From a virus: a stretch of DNA of 38,725 nucleotides. The translations under genes were made by a program, and so were the position numbers. The notes beneath the pieces were generated by a model. It was not told where the DNA came from, made no database searches, and was given only the letters and a program-made list of their open reading frames with translations. The DNA is taken from IMG/VR virus record IMGVR_UViG_3300014955_000002, positions 1 through 38,725 of that record; one strand, given 5' to 3'. Of this stretch, positions 16,701 through 23,103 are shown in pieces (positions within the stretch are counted from its first letter, which is position 1; the number at the start of each line of letters is the position of its first letter).

Positions 16701-17147
16701 TCCAAATCCGGAGAAGGTGCCCAAGCTCTGCTCCCCTGTTACCGGTGTAAACTGTCCTGCGATCTCCGTGATCCCGCCGGCAGCTCCTACTACACCCGAG
16801 GCGATGGTCTTTGCCGCTCGCTCCAGGCCTTTTCCCGCCTTGCTGTAGTTCCCCGCACCCAGGGCCTTGATGTCAGGCAGCTTGTCCACAGCGCTGCTTT
16901 GTGTCCTCTTTTTCTTTGCCGCCAGCTGCGGCATAGTTTCTCTTTTCCCGGCGCTGCTTTCCGCCAGCTGCGGCATGGCTTCTCTTTGCCCGTCGCTGTT
17001 TGCGGCCAGCTGCGGCATACCGTTCCTTGCCGCCGGTGTGTTCTTATTTTTCTCCCCTTTTTGCATAGCAGGCAGGGACGCGCTCCGCGTCCCTGCCTGC
17101 TTCTTTTCGGTTTTCGGGGTGAGATCATCCAAAAAACGATAACCCAT
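10791..17147 (-). CDS. Giant (2118 aa) virion-associated/ejection 'polyvalent'-type protein with terminal peptide repeats
   Basis: Single uninterrupted ORF with RBS TGAGGAGGGCCTATT upstream of ATG 17147. N-terminus has MPQLA x3 (42-nt period). Gly-rich hydrophobic helices (GVVGAAGGITEIAG, LVLPGSGLAMMGM, LLGAAMGAIGG). An embedded low-GC module lies at about 15290-15890. C-terminus has MP[IV]LS x4. No ATPase, polymerase or lysozyme motif recognised. Confidence 0.85.
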   Translation of the reverse strand: MGYRFLDDLTPKTEKKQAGTRSASLPAMQKGEKNKNTPAARNGMPQLAANSDGQREAMPQLAESSAGKRETMPQLAAKKKRTQSSAVDKLPDIKALGAGNYSKAGKGLERAAKTIASGVVGAAGGITEIAGQFTPVTGEQSLGTFSGFGDLGRAAKEYRENGTDMTQSIRRMEKERREKRKGNQQKTFETATRLAEQSQRYQQEAKEDLGTVGRFLVDMGVTGTQMAGDAIANLVLPGSGLAMMGMRSYGQAAGEARREGKDQKQQFIAGLKSAGIEVMTEKMFGAFSKIYGGAAADEIVEKMVGKMTRNPTGQALLTWIVNAAGEGVEEVTSDLLNPLADRILKLDEGKGKIYSPEDVAQWGYDFLLGAAMGAIGGSPQLARGIRAGKAAAVQDGTTTQGTVEVPQLVDAEGKAYQQREAAKAFNNNTTSDAEGALRLLQSNMKSIENMEPVVRVTGEEIGKNGKVTERVYNFFQSIGGKVWREGFGDVLFSKGKVKNSMIGHGIGNAKIELSAAVPGVIEKGKQINYTPNWKGRGYDSFVFAAPVEYRGEKTYVTVIVIKDTANRYYLHEAVDAQGNMIFKKEEGPNVASDTPAETPRNHVANIEPSIEHMIPQGQKSVNTEPLAGGAERATNNVAAQEGVKWTEETRPPSISEYMFDQMLSRSDALSAELDAEITAKRAQTPAMDAVLAVSEEVRQDVVSPDTAEAFLRDVYGKEGLEGLQRLVNAGNGNLTAEAWKALLNAETTKVQESAAVQGAEYIPEEMPVLSKQENGRKEAQFAVIEQTNPFDEELGNHTWIKTPEDILTYQEAIDNYGGIGDVTPDFVAADVQKALDSGEVTVYSSHPIEPGAFVTPSQMEAKNYAGEEAVYSKRVPLEDVAWVDEIQGQYTGPVTAEAPSLVQDGSIIRKNKADPAEAMTWQEVYGYENREDAPPESTESPLSETERAEVDDYLDKLARDENVFSGDPYTLSDAVYDAKLRGLEKTEAPPEIGTREQLTQADLDELASLFEDQANRIGTKEEMTADMVLDEALPKKESARAAAREAWDYFYRKMVDAGHSVTKLAEAMGDPYLYQFYNQARASSSAGVNMITEAQTNVLGQRVGDSLTDVFLPIRAKGGDYYRAFETYMFDLHNIERMSLSKNKMEKVEKAREALREFDANNPDIKTDTAAQLHRMTENTDPEIAELARERERLLRELDRAEDIKDKPVFDYEFTAEDSRARAERLLREHPEFTEYQAQVRKYIDNLMQYRVDSGLMTQEDADFLKTYYPNYVPTMRMNTDDGAGRGRALNTVRIGKTVGRAQGGNSRLMPLHQAMGKQTMKVVREGSKNRFADRLLRSYLQAGDTEQINRYVKEASQHRYEFNPDALNDAAVERPTKDKTVTAYMDGKLWEMTVDDTLFDAVKALSPDARESNRLTKMARSANNLFKSLVTGYNPAFLARNIIRDLQTAGLNTRDAAAFAKNYPRAINEIRNEGAYWQLYKSMGGVYSSVFDYATGTVREPKGKLGKFAARMEALNMAAEQAPRLAEFIGVLEKAEEAKQRGETVSDMAARADALYAAADVTVNFGRSGTLGKVLNANYVPFLNPGVQGFDKLIRRVAETKGAKEWTKLVIRAAALGIAPALLNALLYHDDEEWDDLRDSDKDTNYMFKLRNGYWLKIPKGRELSLFGIAADRVMDAAKGEKVDILSTLNTMGNQVAPANPLTSNIFSALIDSQLLNPDSPGRTWYGGNIESQRLQNYAPGERYDSSTDDFSKAVGKALGISPKKLNYVLDQYSGVLGDFLLPVLTPQAERNPLAKAFTVDVQSSNRVSGDFYDEANALKYAKNGGDEAAGVVSRWWSKQQSACSDIWKQIREVEASRELNNKEKLRQVRELKAIVTGIQKNAMAAEDVYREAVEKYLSAGLDADTAYRNANRECFGAEYALQLYNKDVYAKAQSAKQSGVAYDAFYNYYFDTKDLQSTKNGSAAYLKMQYLANSGLSEDEQAELYFADLASDRDLITQAELEMDAGITPAQYYLYRQAVQGMNKREEKLAAIDALDLTEEQKNALYFANGYSEKTLGKAPWYSGVRYMETMPILSKKQEKMPILSKKAEVQGGGEKMPVLSGRTQSTGERMPVLSK

Positions 17148-17159
17148 AATAGGCCCTCC

Positions 17160-18350
17160 TCAGTCGATCCATCCGTTCTGCCGCAGGGTGCTGTTAAGGT
17201 CTCTGCGCTGGGCTTCGCTCATCTGATCCCATACCTGCCGGATAATGCGGTCCGACACGGCATTCATCCCCCGCGATGCATACATCATGATATTGTTTTT
17301 TACGGCGGAGTAGTTTTGCAGCCCCGCGCCCGCGGCACTCTGCGTACCGCCGGTGCTTTCCTGCTGCGTCGGCACATATCCGCCTCCAGAGGCGCGGGAT
17401 TCCGTCCGCTTATCCTCCAGGTAGGCGGCATAGCGATCCTGCACCTGTGCCAGGTAGTTGGCCATCTGCTCTGCCACCTGTGCGTTTCCGGCCTGCCGGG
17501 CCGCCGTGATGGCCCTTTGCAGCTGGTCGATGGTGTCGTTGTACTGCAGCTCCAGCTCCGTCAGGTCGTTTTGATACTCCGCCTCCGTGGCGATCCGCTG
17601 GCTGTCTGCCATGCCGCCGTACACGCCGCCGGCCGCCAGCTCCTGGTCCATGTTCCGCTGGGCCCGCATTTTGTTGATGTAGGCCCGCCGGGCGGCGTCC
17701 TCGAAGCTCACGCCCGCCTTGGCGATCTGGGCATTGTAGTCGTCCACGGCCTGCTGCACCTGGGCGCTCACCGCGCTCTGCAGCCGGTTTTCGTAGTCGT
17801 TGGCCCCGATCCGCTTCAGGAAGGTCTCATAGTCGCCCTCCTCCTGCATCCCGCCCCGGTACTTCTCCCAGGCCTCCGCCGCGCTCAGGCCACCGGCCGC
17901 CGCCGTGGAGTTCTGCCCCCACTTGCCATCCGCCGAGGCCCCGTAGTAGCTCTGCAGCTCTCTGATCTGCGCCTCGCTCAAGCCGCCGTTGTTGTACCCG
18001 CTGTAGCTTGGCGTACCGCTGTACCCGCTGTAGCTCGGCGTACTCACGGCGGGGGTGGTGTTCTTCTTGGTGTTCACCCTGTCCGCCATGGACCCGCCGG
18101 AGGGCTTGCTGTAGCTGCGGGGATCATTGGCCGCCGTCAGGTTGGGGTTGGCGGCGCTGGAGCCGGAGGACGGCCTGGTGTAGCTGTTGGTCTTGGTGGC
18201 CGGCTTCTTCCCCGCCGCCTTGGCCACGATGTCCGCCACGGTGTTTTTACCGCCCTGCACGGCGTACCCGCCGGGATTGGTGCTGACGGTCTTTCCGGTG
18301 TTTCTCTTGGCGGCCAAACGCTCAGCCGCCGTGCTTCCGTATTTTGCCAT
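17160..18350 (-). CDS. Hypothetical virion/ejection-associated protein (396 aa) with low-complexity N-half, PSYSGY repeats and a degenerate PG-binding-like motif
   Basis: RBS AGAAAGGAGTAAGGT. TPSYSGYSGTPSYSGY. IRELQSYYGASADGKWGQNSTAA resembles the PG_binding_1 core (DG.fG..T). Coiled-coil C-half. Confidence 0.75.
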   Translation of the reverse strand: MAKYGSTAAERLAAKRNTGKTVSTNPGGYAVQGGKNTVADIVAKAAGKKPATKTNSYTRPSSGSSAANPNLTAANDPRSYSKPSGGSMADRVNTKKNTTPAVSTPSYSGYSGTPSYSGYNNGGLSEAQIRELQSYYGASADGKWGQNSTAAAGGLSAAEAWEKYRGGMQEEGDYETFLKRIGANDYENRLQSAVSAQVQQAVDDYNAQIAKAGVSFEDAARRAYINKMRAQRNMDQELAAGGVYGGMADSQRIATEAEYQNDLTELELQYNDTIDQLQRAITAARQAGNAQVAEQMANYLAQVQDRYAAYLEDKRTESRASGGGYVPTQQESTGGTQSAAGAGLQNYSAVKNNIMMYASRGMNAVSDRIIRQVWDQMSEAQRRDLNSTLRQNGWID

Positions 18351-18353
18351 ACC

Positions 18354-19172
18354 TTACTCCTTTCTTAAAAGTTTTCCCCAAGTCCCCTTCCCGGCGATGC
18401 CGTCCGCGCCAAGCTTGTACTTGGTCTGGAACGCCTTCAGCGCCGCTTCTGTGTTGGTACCGAAGAGACCGTCCGCAGCGCCGCAACTGTACCCTCGGGC
18501 ATTCAAAGCCGCCTGAAGGGTCTTGACATCCTCTCCCTGCATCCCCTTTTTGAGCATCCGCACGGCCATAGGCACGGTTTTCTCCGCCGGGGTGGGTTCG
18601 GGGGCTGCCGGCTCGGGGAGAACATAGATAACGCCGAAATAGTCGCACACCGCCTTGCAGGTCTCCTCGGCGATGAGGGGCATATTCGCCACCAGCCACT
18701 TTGCCGATTCCTCGTTGTCGTGGAACTCGAACTCCGGCAGCACGGCGGGGGCCACGGGGCTGCGGAGCTCGATGAGGTTCCGGCTCTCCACCACCCGCTC
18801 CCCTCTTGTGCCGGGGGAAAGAGGCGCGATGCGCTCCAGGATGAGCTTGGCGATCCTCCGGCTCTTGGCGCTGGGGTAGCAGTGGATCCGCGTCCCCTGT
18901 ACGGTGCCGTCAAAGCCGTTGGTGTGCAGGGCGATGTAGAGGTCAGCCGGCCAGTCGTTGGCCCGGCGCACCCGGCGGTACACCGCGCCCTTGCCCGTCT
19001 CCTGGTCATTTTTCACGGCAAAGCCGCAGCGCAGGAGCGCCGCCTCCAGGAGGTCGGCGCAGCGGCACATCTGCTCGTGCTCGTTGGTGGTGTGGCCGTT
19101 ATAGAGGGCCGCCGGGTGGTAGGTGTTGGTGCTCCTGTCCTCCGGGGACAGGTAGACCTTCGGGGAGGCCAT
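18354..19172 (-). CDS. Endolysin: N-acetylmuramoyl-L-alanine amidase (Amidase_3-like) + C-terminal PG_binding_1 domain
   Basis: LYIALHTNG...FEFHDN amidase motifs. C-terminus GEDVKTLQAALNARGYSCGAADGLFGTNTEAALKAFQTKYKLGADGIAGKGTWGKL. Its ATG directly abuts the holin stop. Confidence 0.9.
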   Translation of the reverse strand: MASPKVYLSPEDRSTNTYHPAALYNGHTTNEHEQMCRCADLLEAALLRCGFAVKNDQETGKGAVYRRVRRANDWPADLYIALHTNGFDGTVQGTRIHCYPSAKSRRIAKLILERIAPLSPGTRGERVVESRNLIELRSPVAPAVLPEFEFHDNEESAKWLVANMPLIAEETCKAVCDYFGVIYVLPEPAAPEPTPAEKTVPMAVRMLKKGMQGEDVKTLQAALNARGYSCGAADGLFGTNTEAALKAFQTKYKLGADGIAGKGTWGKLLRKE

Positions 19173-19394
19173 TTACTTGGCCTCCTCGTCCAGCGTAGAC
19201 TTCTTATAATTGGCGCTGGAGATGCCCAGCAGAGCACCCAGAAACACCGTCACGCAGGAGATGCTTCCGGCCACCTGCTCGATGTACGGCCAGCCCCAGA
19301 TGCTGCCCAGACCCACATACAGGGCGCTCAGCGCGGGCAGCACGATCATGACCACCCACTTCATAACATCATAAACCTTGTTGTTCAGCTTCAT
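19173..19394 (-). CDS. Holin (two TM helices, LL-H/Phage_holin_1-like), 73 aa
   Basis: ATG at 19394 with AGAAAGGAAGAATT upstream. MKLNNKVYDVMKWVVMIVLPALSALYVGLGSIWGWPYIEQVAGSISCVTVFLGALLGISSANY, with a charged C-tail. Immediately upstream of the endolysin. Confidence 0.8.
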   Translation of the reverse strand: MKLNNKVYDVMKWVVMIVLPALSALYVGLGSIWGWPYIEQVAGSISCVTVFLGALLGISSANYKKSTLDEEAK

Positions 19395-19438
19395 AATTCT
19401 TCCTTTCTGCGGCTTTTTGCCGCTGTCCAAAGTGTTGT

Positions 19439-19654
19439 TTACTTCGCCTCCAGGTCGGCGATGCGGTGATTGATGACCTTAATCTGTTCCTCCACCACCG
19501 GCATCCGCCGGGCGTAGTTGTTGTGCTCTCTGACCTCCCGGGCCAGCTCGTCCAGCTTGGTCTCCGTCACGGCCTGCTGCTTGCTGTTGGCGATCAGCAC
19601 CCCCATCAGCGTCAGCCCCCCGGTGATAATAGCCACGATAATCGTCTCCGTCAT
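19439..19654 (-). CDS. Small membrane-anchored coiled-coil protein in the lysis cassette (71 aa)
   Basis: ATG at 19654 (MTETIIVAIITGGLTLMGVLIANSK...), then a coiled coil ending IADLEAK. The track start at 19858 is a GC-rich extension with no RBS. Confidence 0.6.
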   Translation of the reverse strand: MTETIIVAIITGGLTLMGVLIANSKQQAVTETKLDELAREVREHNNYARRMPVVEEQIKVINHRIADLEAK

Positions 19655-19677
19655 AGGCAAGTTTCCTTTCTCTCTCG

Positions 19678-19893
19678 TTATCCGTACCACGGCTCCGGCC
19701 CGCCCATCTTCGGCGATTCCACCAGCTCCTCCGTTTCCCGGATTTCCGCCGGTGTCTCTTCCTCGCCTCCCGGCACCTTCACGCCCAAGCCCACCGCCCG
19801 GGGAGCGTAGTGCCCCCCGTACAGCGTCAGGGCGATGATGCCGCCGATGATGGCGCACAAAAGCAGGTGGTACAGCGCTACGGCCTTACGCAC
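19678..19893 (-). CDS. Small single-TM protein (71 aa)
   Basis: GTG at 19893 overlapping the upstream stop. TM helix LYHLLLCAIIGGIIALTLYGG and an acidic C-tail. Confidence 0.5.
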   Translation of the reverse strand: MRKAVALYHLLLCAIIGGIIALTLYGGHYAPRAVGLGVKVPGGEEETPAEIRETEELVESPKMGGPEPWYG

Positions 19894-20332
19894 TGGCGGC
19901 CTCGGTGGCCGTCAAGGTGGTTGTCAGATCGCCCTTATAGAGGATCAGCGTATTCTTCAGCCCCAGCGTCACCTCGGAAGTCAACGCAAATACAGCAATG
20001 GGCATACCTCCGGTCTGGGCGGAAAACAGGCCGATGTGCGTCGCCTTGCCGAACTGCTGCCCCTCGTTGGGGGCGTCCCAAGTGAGATTCACGCTGCCGT
20101 TGGCGATAGACCCGCTGGCTGCGGCGTCCATGTCGGCTTTCAGCCGCTTGTAGCCGGTGCTGGCCTCCGGCTCGGGGAACACGGTGCATTCGCCCGCCGC
20201 GTTGATGGTCGGCGCTGCCGTGGAGAAGCCCAGATAGCAGCTGTTGCTGGTGGGGATCAGGGATGTGCCGCCGCTGCCGAAGCGACCGTACAGCGCGTTC
20301 AGGATGTTGTTGCGTACATTCGTGCTTACCAT
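19886..20332 (-). CDS. Hypothetical virion/tail-associated protein (148 aa)
   Basis: RBS GGAGGTAAAAAACT. Sits between the receptor-binding gene and the lysis genes. No family recognised with confidence. Confidence 0.7.
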   Translation of the reverse strand: MVSTNVRNNILNALYGRFGSGGTSLIPTSNSCYLGFSTAAPTINAAGECTVFPEPEASTGYKRLKADMDAAASGSIANGSVNLTWDAPNEGQQFGKATHIGLFSAQTGGMPIAVFALTSEVTLGLKNTLILYKGDLTTTLTATEAASA

Positions 20333-20357
20333 AGTTTTTTACCTCCATATATTATTT

Positions 20358-21929
20358 TTAAGTTGTGGTTTCTATCGGGAGCATTTGTGCCGTGCCTGTT
20401 TTATAGTAGATCCAAGGAAAAGAAGCGGTTCCGGTATCGTCTAAAACTCCATTTAGCCCGCCCGGGTCTCCACTCCATGCAACAGACGGCTCAGGATCAA
20501 GCTCGCCAAGGTTAAGCGTAATAGTTGCATCTTCATTTACTATACCTGAAACCGATTCAATGCCAGTTCCAAACCATCCGGGAATCTCAACGATAACAGT
20601 CATCCCATCACCACTTAATACACCCGTTGGGTTCCAAACCGCGTTATTTTGTACCAACCAGTACCCAACGGTTTCCCCATCCAGCTCTCGATTTAGCCAT
20701 TCATCGGGTGCAAAAGTGCAGTTCTCCGGAAGGATTTTCTTTTCACCTGTACTATCATCTACCTTTTCAAGAATCTGAAACACGCTCAAGGATTGTGTTT
20801 CAACATTTACATAGAACGAGGCAAGAGCCCCTGTTTGGAGACCGGAAACATTGGTGGCCGACATGTGGGTCATAATGTCATACGCCCCGTTGTCCGTTAT
20901 TTCAGCAGAGGGGACTTTAGTTCCTGTATTTTTGTATTTCAGATGATCAAAATAACAGTTTGCGTCCAAGGTGATGCCAGGAGCATACCCGATATATCCG
21001 TTTTTGTCTTTCAAATCAAATGTCACAGCATGGTGGCTTACATTTGTAGCACTTATATCGTCTTGACCCAGCATTTTAGCTTTTACTACAACCTGCGCAT
21101 AAGACACACCATCGTATCCAGCATCAGGGCGAACATCAATCGCGCCGGTGTCGGGGAAAAAGAGAGTGCCATCGCTACCAATTCCATCTGCTGTAACAGT
21201 AATCGCTTTCTCCTGCAAATTTCCTCCGGCTACATCCACCTGCAAGTTCACCTTGCTCATGCCGCTTTTGCCGATGGTGGGTACAACAGTCTGTGCGCCC
21301 TTTTCCGTGATGGTGACGGCCTTTTCCTCCAAGCTCTCCTCAGCCAGCAGAGCATAGAACGGCCCCTCCTTGATAGTGTTGGGCTGCTGGATGCCTATGA
21401 TCACAGCGCTGGTGTCTGCGATTTTGGCATAGCCCGTTACGGTGCCCTCTGCGTCCTGTGTCAGGTAGCCCCAGCCGATCTGCGTGGTAAACTCCGGGAG
21501 GTCGCTGCCGTTTGCTTCGTAGAAAATTTCCTTCAGGTTGGCGCTGGTCACTTCCTCCCAGCAGTAGAGCAGAGTCACCCTGTTGCCGTCGGTCTCTATG
21601 CCGGTGAGATTTTTCAAAACCTCCAGCCGAACAATGGGTTTGGTCGTTTTCCCTTCCTTTGCGGCGTATACCATGCCGACCACATTCCCGTCATCTGCAA
21701 CACCGCTCGGCGCAGTGAAGGTGCCGTCTCCGGCGTTCCATGTAAACATACCCGCATCTGCGTCCGTCAGCTCGTGGGTAGGAGGGTCCAGGAGGGTGTA
21801 GTTGATGATCGGCCGCTGGACATAGTAGGTGTCGCCGCTGCTATCTTCCTTGGGCACGGCGATGGTACCTATTTCCGTATAGGGCTGCTCCTGGTCATAC
21901 AGGTCTTTTAATTTAATATCCTCTGCCAT
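20358..21929 (-). CDS. Putative receptor-binding / tail spike-fibre protein (523 aa) with a low-GC C-terminal half
   Basis: TAATG stop/start coupling with the upstream gene. Position in the fibre module. The distal 3' portion (about 20358-21250) is visibly AT-richer than the rest of the genome. Confidence 0.7.
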   Translation of the reverse strand: MAEDIKLKDLYDQEQPYTEIGTIAVPKEDSSGDTYYVQRPIINYTLLDPPTHELTDADAGMFTWNAGDGTFTAPSGVADDGNVVGMVYAAKEGKTTKPIVRLEVLKNLTGIETDGNRVTLLYCWEEVTSANLKEIFYEANGSDLPEFTTQIGWGYLTQDAEGTVTGYAKIADTSAVIIGIQQPNTIKEGPFYALLAEESLEEKAVTITEKGAQTVVPTIGKSGMSKVNLQVDVAGGNLQEKAITVTADGIGSDGTLFFPDTGAIDVRPDAGYDGVSYAQVVVKAKMLGQDDISATNVSHHAVTFDLKDKNGYIGYAPGITLDANCYFDHLKYKNTGTKVPSAEITDNGAYDIMTHMSATNVSGLQTGALASFYVNVETQSLSVFQILEKVDDSTGEKKILPENCTFAPDEWLNRELDGETVGYWLVQNNAVWNPTGVLSGDGMTVIVEIPGWFGTGIESVSGIVNEDATITLNLGELDPEPSVAWSGDPGGLNGVLDDTGTASFPWIYYKTGTAQMLPIETTT

Positions 21930-22870
21930 TACTTCACCTCCAAAATTCTTCCCAGCACGCCATCCTGCTTCACAGTCGCACTATATACCTGCTTTACCAC
22001 CAGCAGGCCCCCGTACTGCACCGGGTCGATCCAGCCCACCGCCTTGCCAGATACCTGACTTACGAGTTCTATCTTCGGGGACAGCATTGCAGCCATCGCG
22101 TCCACAGTCCCGGATTTGACTTGTGTCTTCACCACCAGATGGCCGGCAATTTGACCATCGGTCATTGTCAGCGTTTCCGGCTGTATCACGCTTCCCACGG
22201 TCAGCTCAGATGTCGCAGCGCCCTCCGCGCCGTCACCGGCTCCACCCTCTGCCAATGCGGTGATCTGCTCCATGCCGTCAAGCAGTCCGTCTGCAAAAAG
22301 CACTGCGTCGCCGGCAGAAGCGGTCTGCACCAGCTGAAGCGCTAACGATGCTTCATCGTCTACCAGCGTTGCTGCTACAGCAGGCGGGATCGTTGTCTCC
22401 ATCGTCAGTTCATCGCTCACTGTGCCAGTCGGAACTAAGTCCAGTGCCACCGCCAGAGGTACAGGCGTGGTGAGCTTCAGCAGCTCCTCGATCTGCCGCT
22501 TGTTGACGATAATGCCCTTGCCCAGCGCCGTATATTGCAGCAGCAGGTTCTCCAATGCCGCGCCGTTGGATGTTCCTGCCGCCGTGGACTCCGCCGCAGT
22601 CAGCAGCGTCAGCAGCTCCCCTGCGCTTCCGTCTGCCGCCCCGTTGGCCTGCGCCGTTGCATCGGTGCTGAAGCCAATAAGCCCCGCTGCCGTCCCCGGC
22701 ACCAGCACCGCCGCCACGCCATCCGCTGTGTTCTCAAAGGCCAGCTGCGCGTGGGCCTCGCCGGGGATCTTCTTGACCCCGCTCCACACCAGCACGCTGC
22801 CCAGATACACCTCGCTATGGTAGCGCCCGTCCATATACACCGCGCCGATCTGCCCGTTGAGATAGATCAT
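21929..22870 (-). CDS. Hypothetical Ala/Gly/Thr-rich tail-module protein (313 aa)
   Basis: Track ORF with its ATG 4 nt after the upstream stop. Composition is typical of fibre or appendage proteins. Confidence 0.7.
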   Translation of the reverse strand: MIYLNGQIGAVYMDGRYHSEVYLGSVLVWSGVKKIPGEAHAQLAFENTADGVAAVLVPGTAAGLIGFSTDATAQANGAADGSAGELLTLLTAAESTAAGTSNGAALENLLLQYTALGKGIIVNKRQIEELLKLTTPVPLAVALDLVPTGTVSDELTMETTIPPAVAATLVDDEASLALQLVQTASAGDAVLFADGLLDGMEQITALAEGGAGDGAEGAATSELTVGSVIQPETLTMTDGQIAGHLVVKTQVKSGTVDAMAAMLSPKIELVSQVSGKAVGWIDPVQYGGLLVVKQVYSATVKQDGVLGRILEVK

Positions 22871-22873
22871 CTG

Positions 22874-23089
22874 TCATTCCTCCTCGCGGATCAAATAGAG
22901 GATGTTGGGGTCGGGGTTCGCTGGCAAAGCGTCCACGCTCTGCACCTCGGTGATCTTGGCCAGCATCGCCGGCAGCCGAGTGCCGTCCGGTGCCACCTGC
23001 ACATCCGGGGCATTTATCAGCGCGAAAGTACCTCCGTTTTTGGGCTTGAGCCCGGAGATGAGTTCAACGCTTCCATTGTATTCAGCCAT
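22874..23089 (-). CDS. Small tail-module protein (71 aa)
   Basis: ATG at 23089 with AAGGAGGTGCAGAGAC upstream. MAEYNGSVELISGLKPKNGGTFALINAPDVQVAPDGTRLP.... The 213-aa track ORF is an RBS-less upstream (N-terminal) extension of this same reading frame that overlaps the fibre gene 3' end. Confidence 0.65.
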   Translation of the reverse strand: MAEYNGSVELISGLKPKNGGTFALINAPDVQVAPDGTRLPAMLAKITEVQSVDALPANPDPNILYLIREEE

Positions 23090-23103
23090 GTCTCTGCACC
23101 TCC

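Noticed and set aside
16008-18368. Very long plus-strand ORFs (for example 786 aa at 16008..18368, 531 aa at 12258..13853, 541 aa at 27167..28792 and 343 aa at 1005..2036), antisense to the minus-strand genes
   Set aside because: These are typical shadow ORFs of high-GC DNA. Their products are Arg/Pro/Gly/His-rich and low in complexity, they lack RBSs, and they fully overlap minus-strand genes that have clear motifs, RBSs and operon packing.
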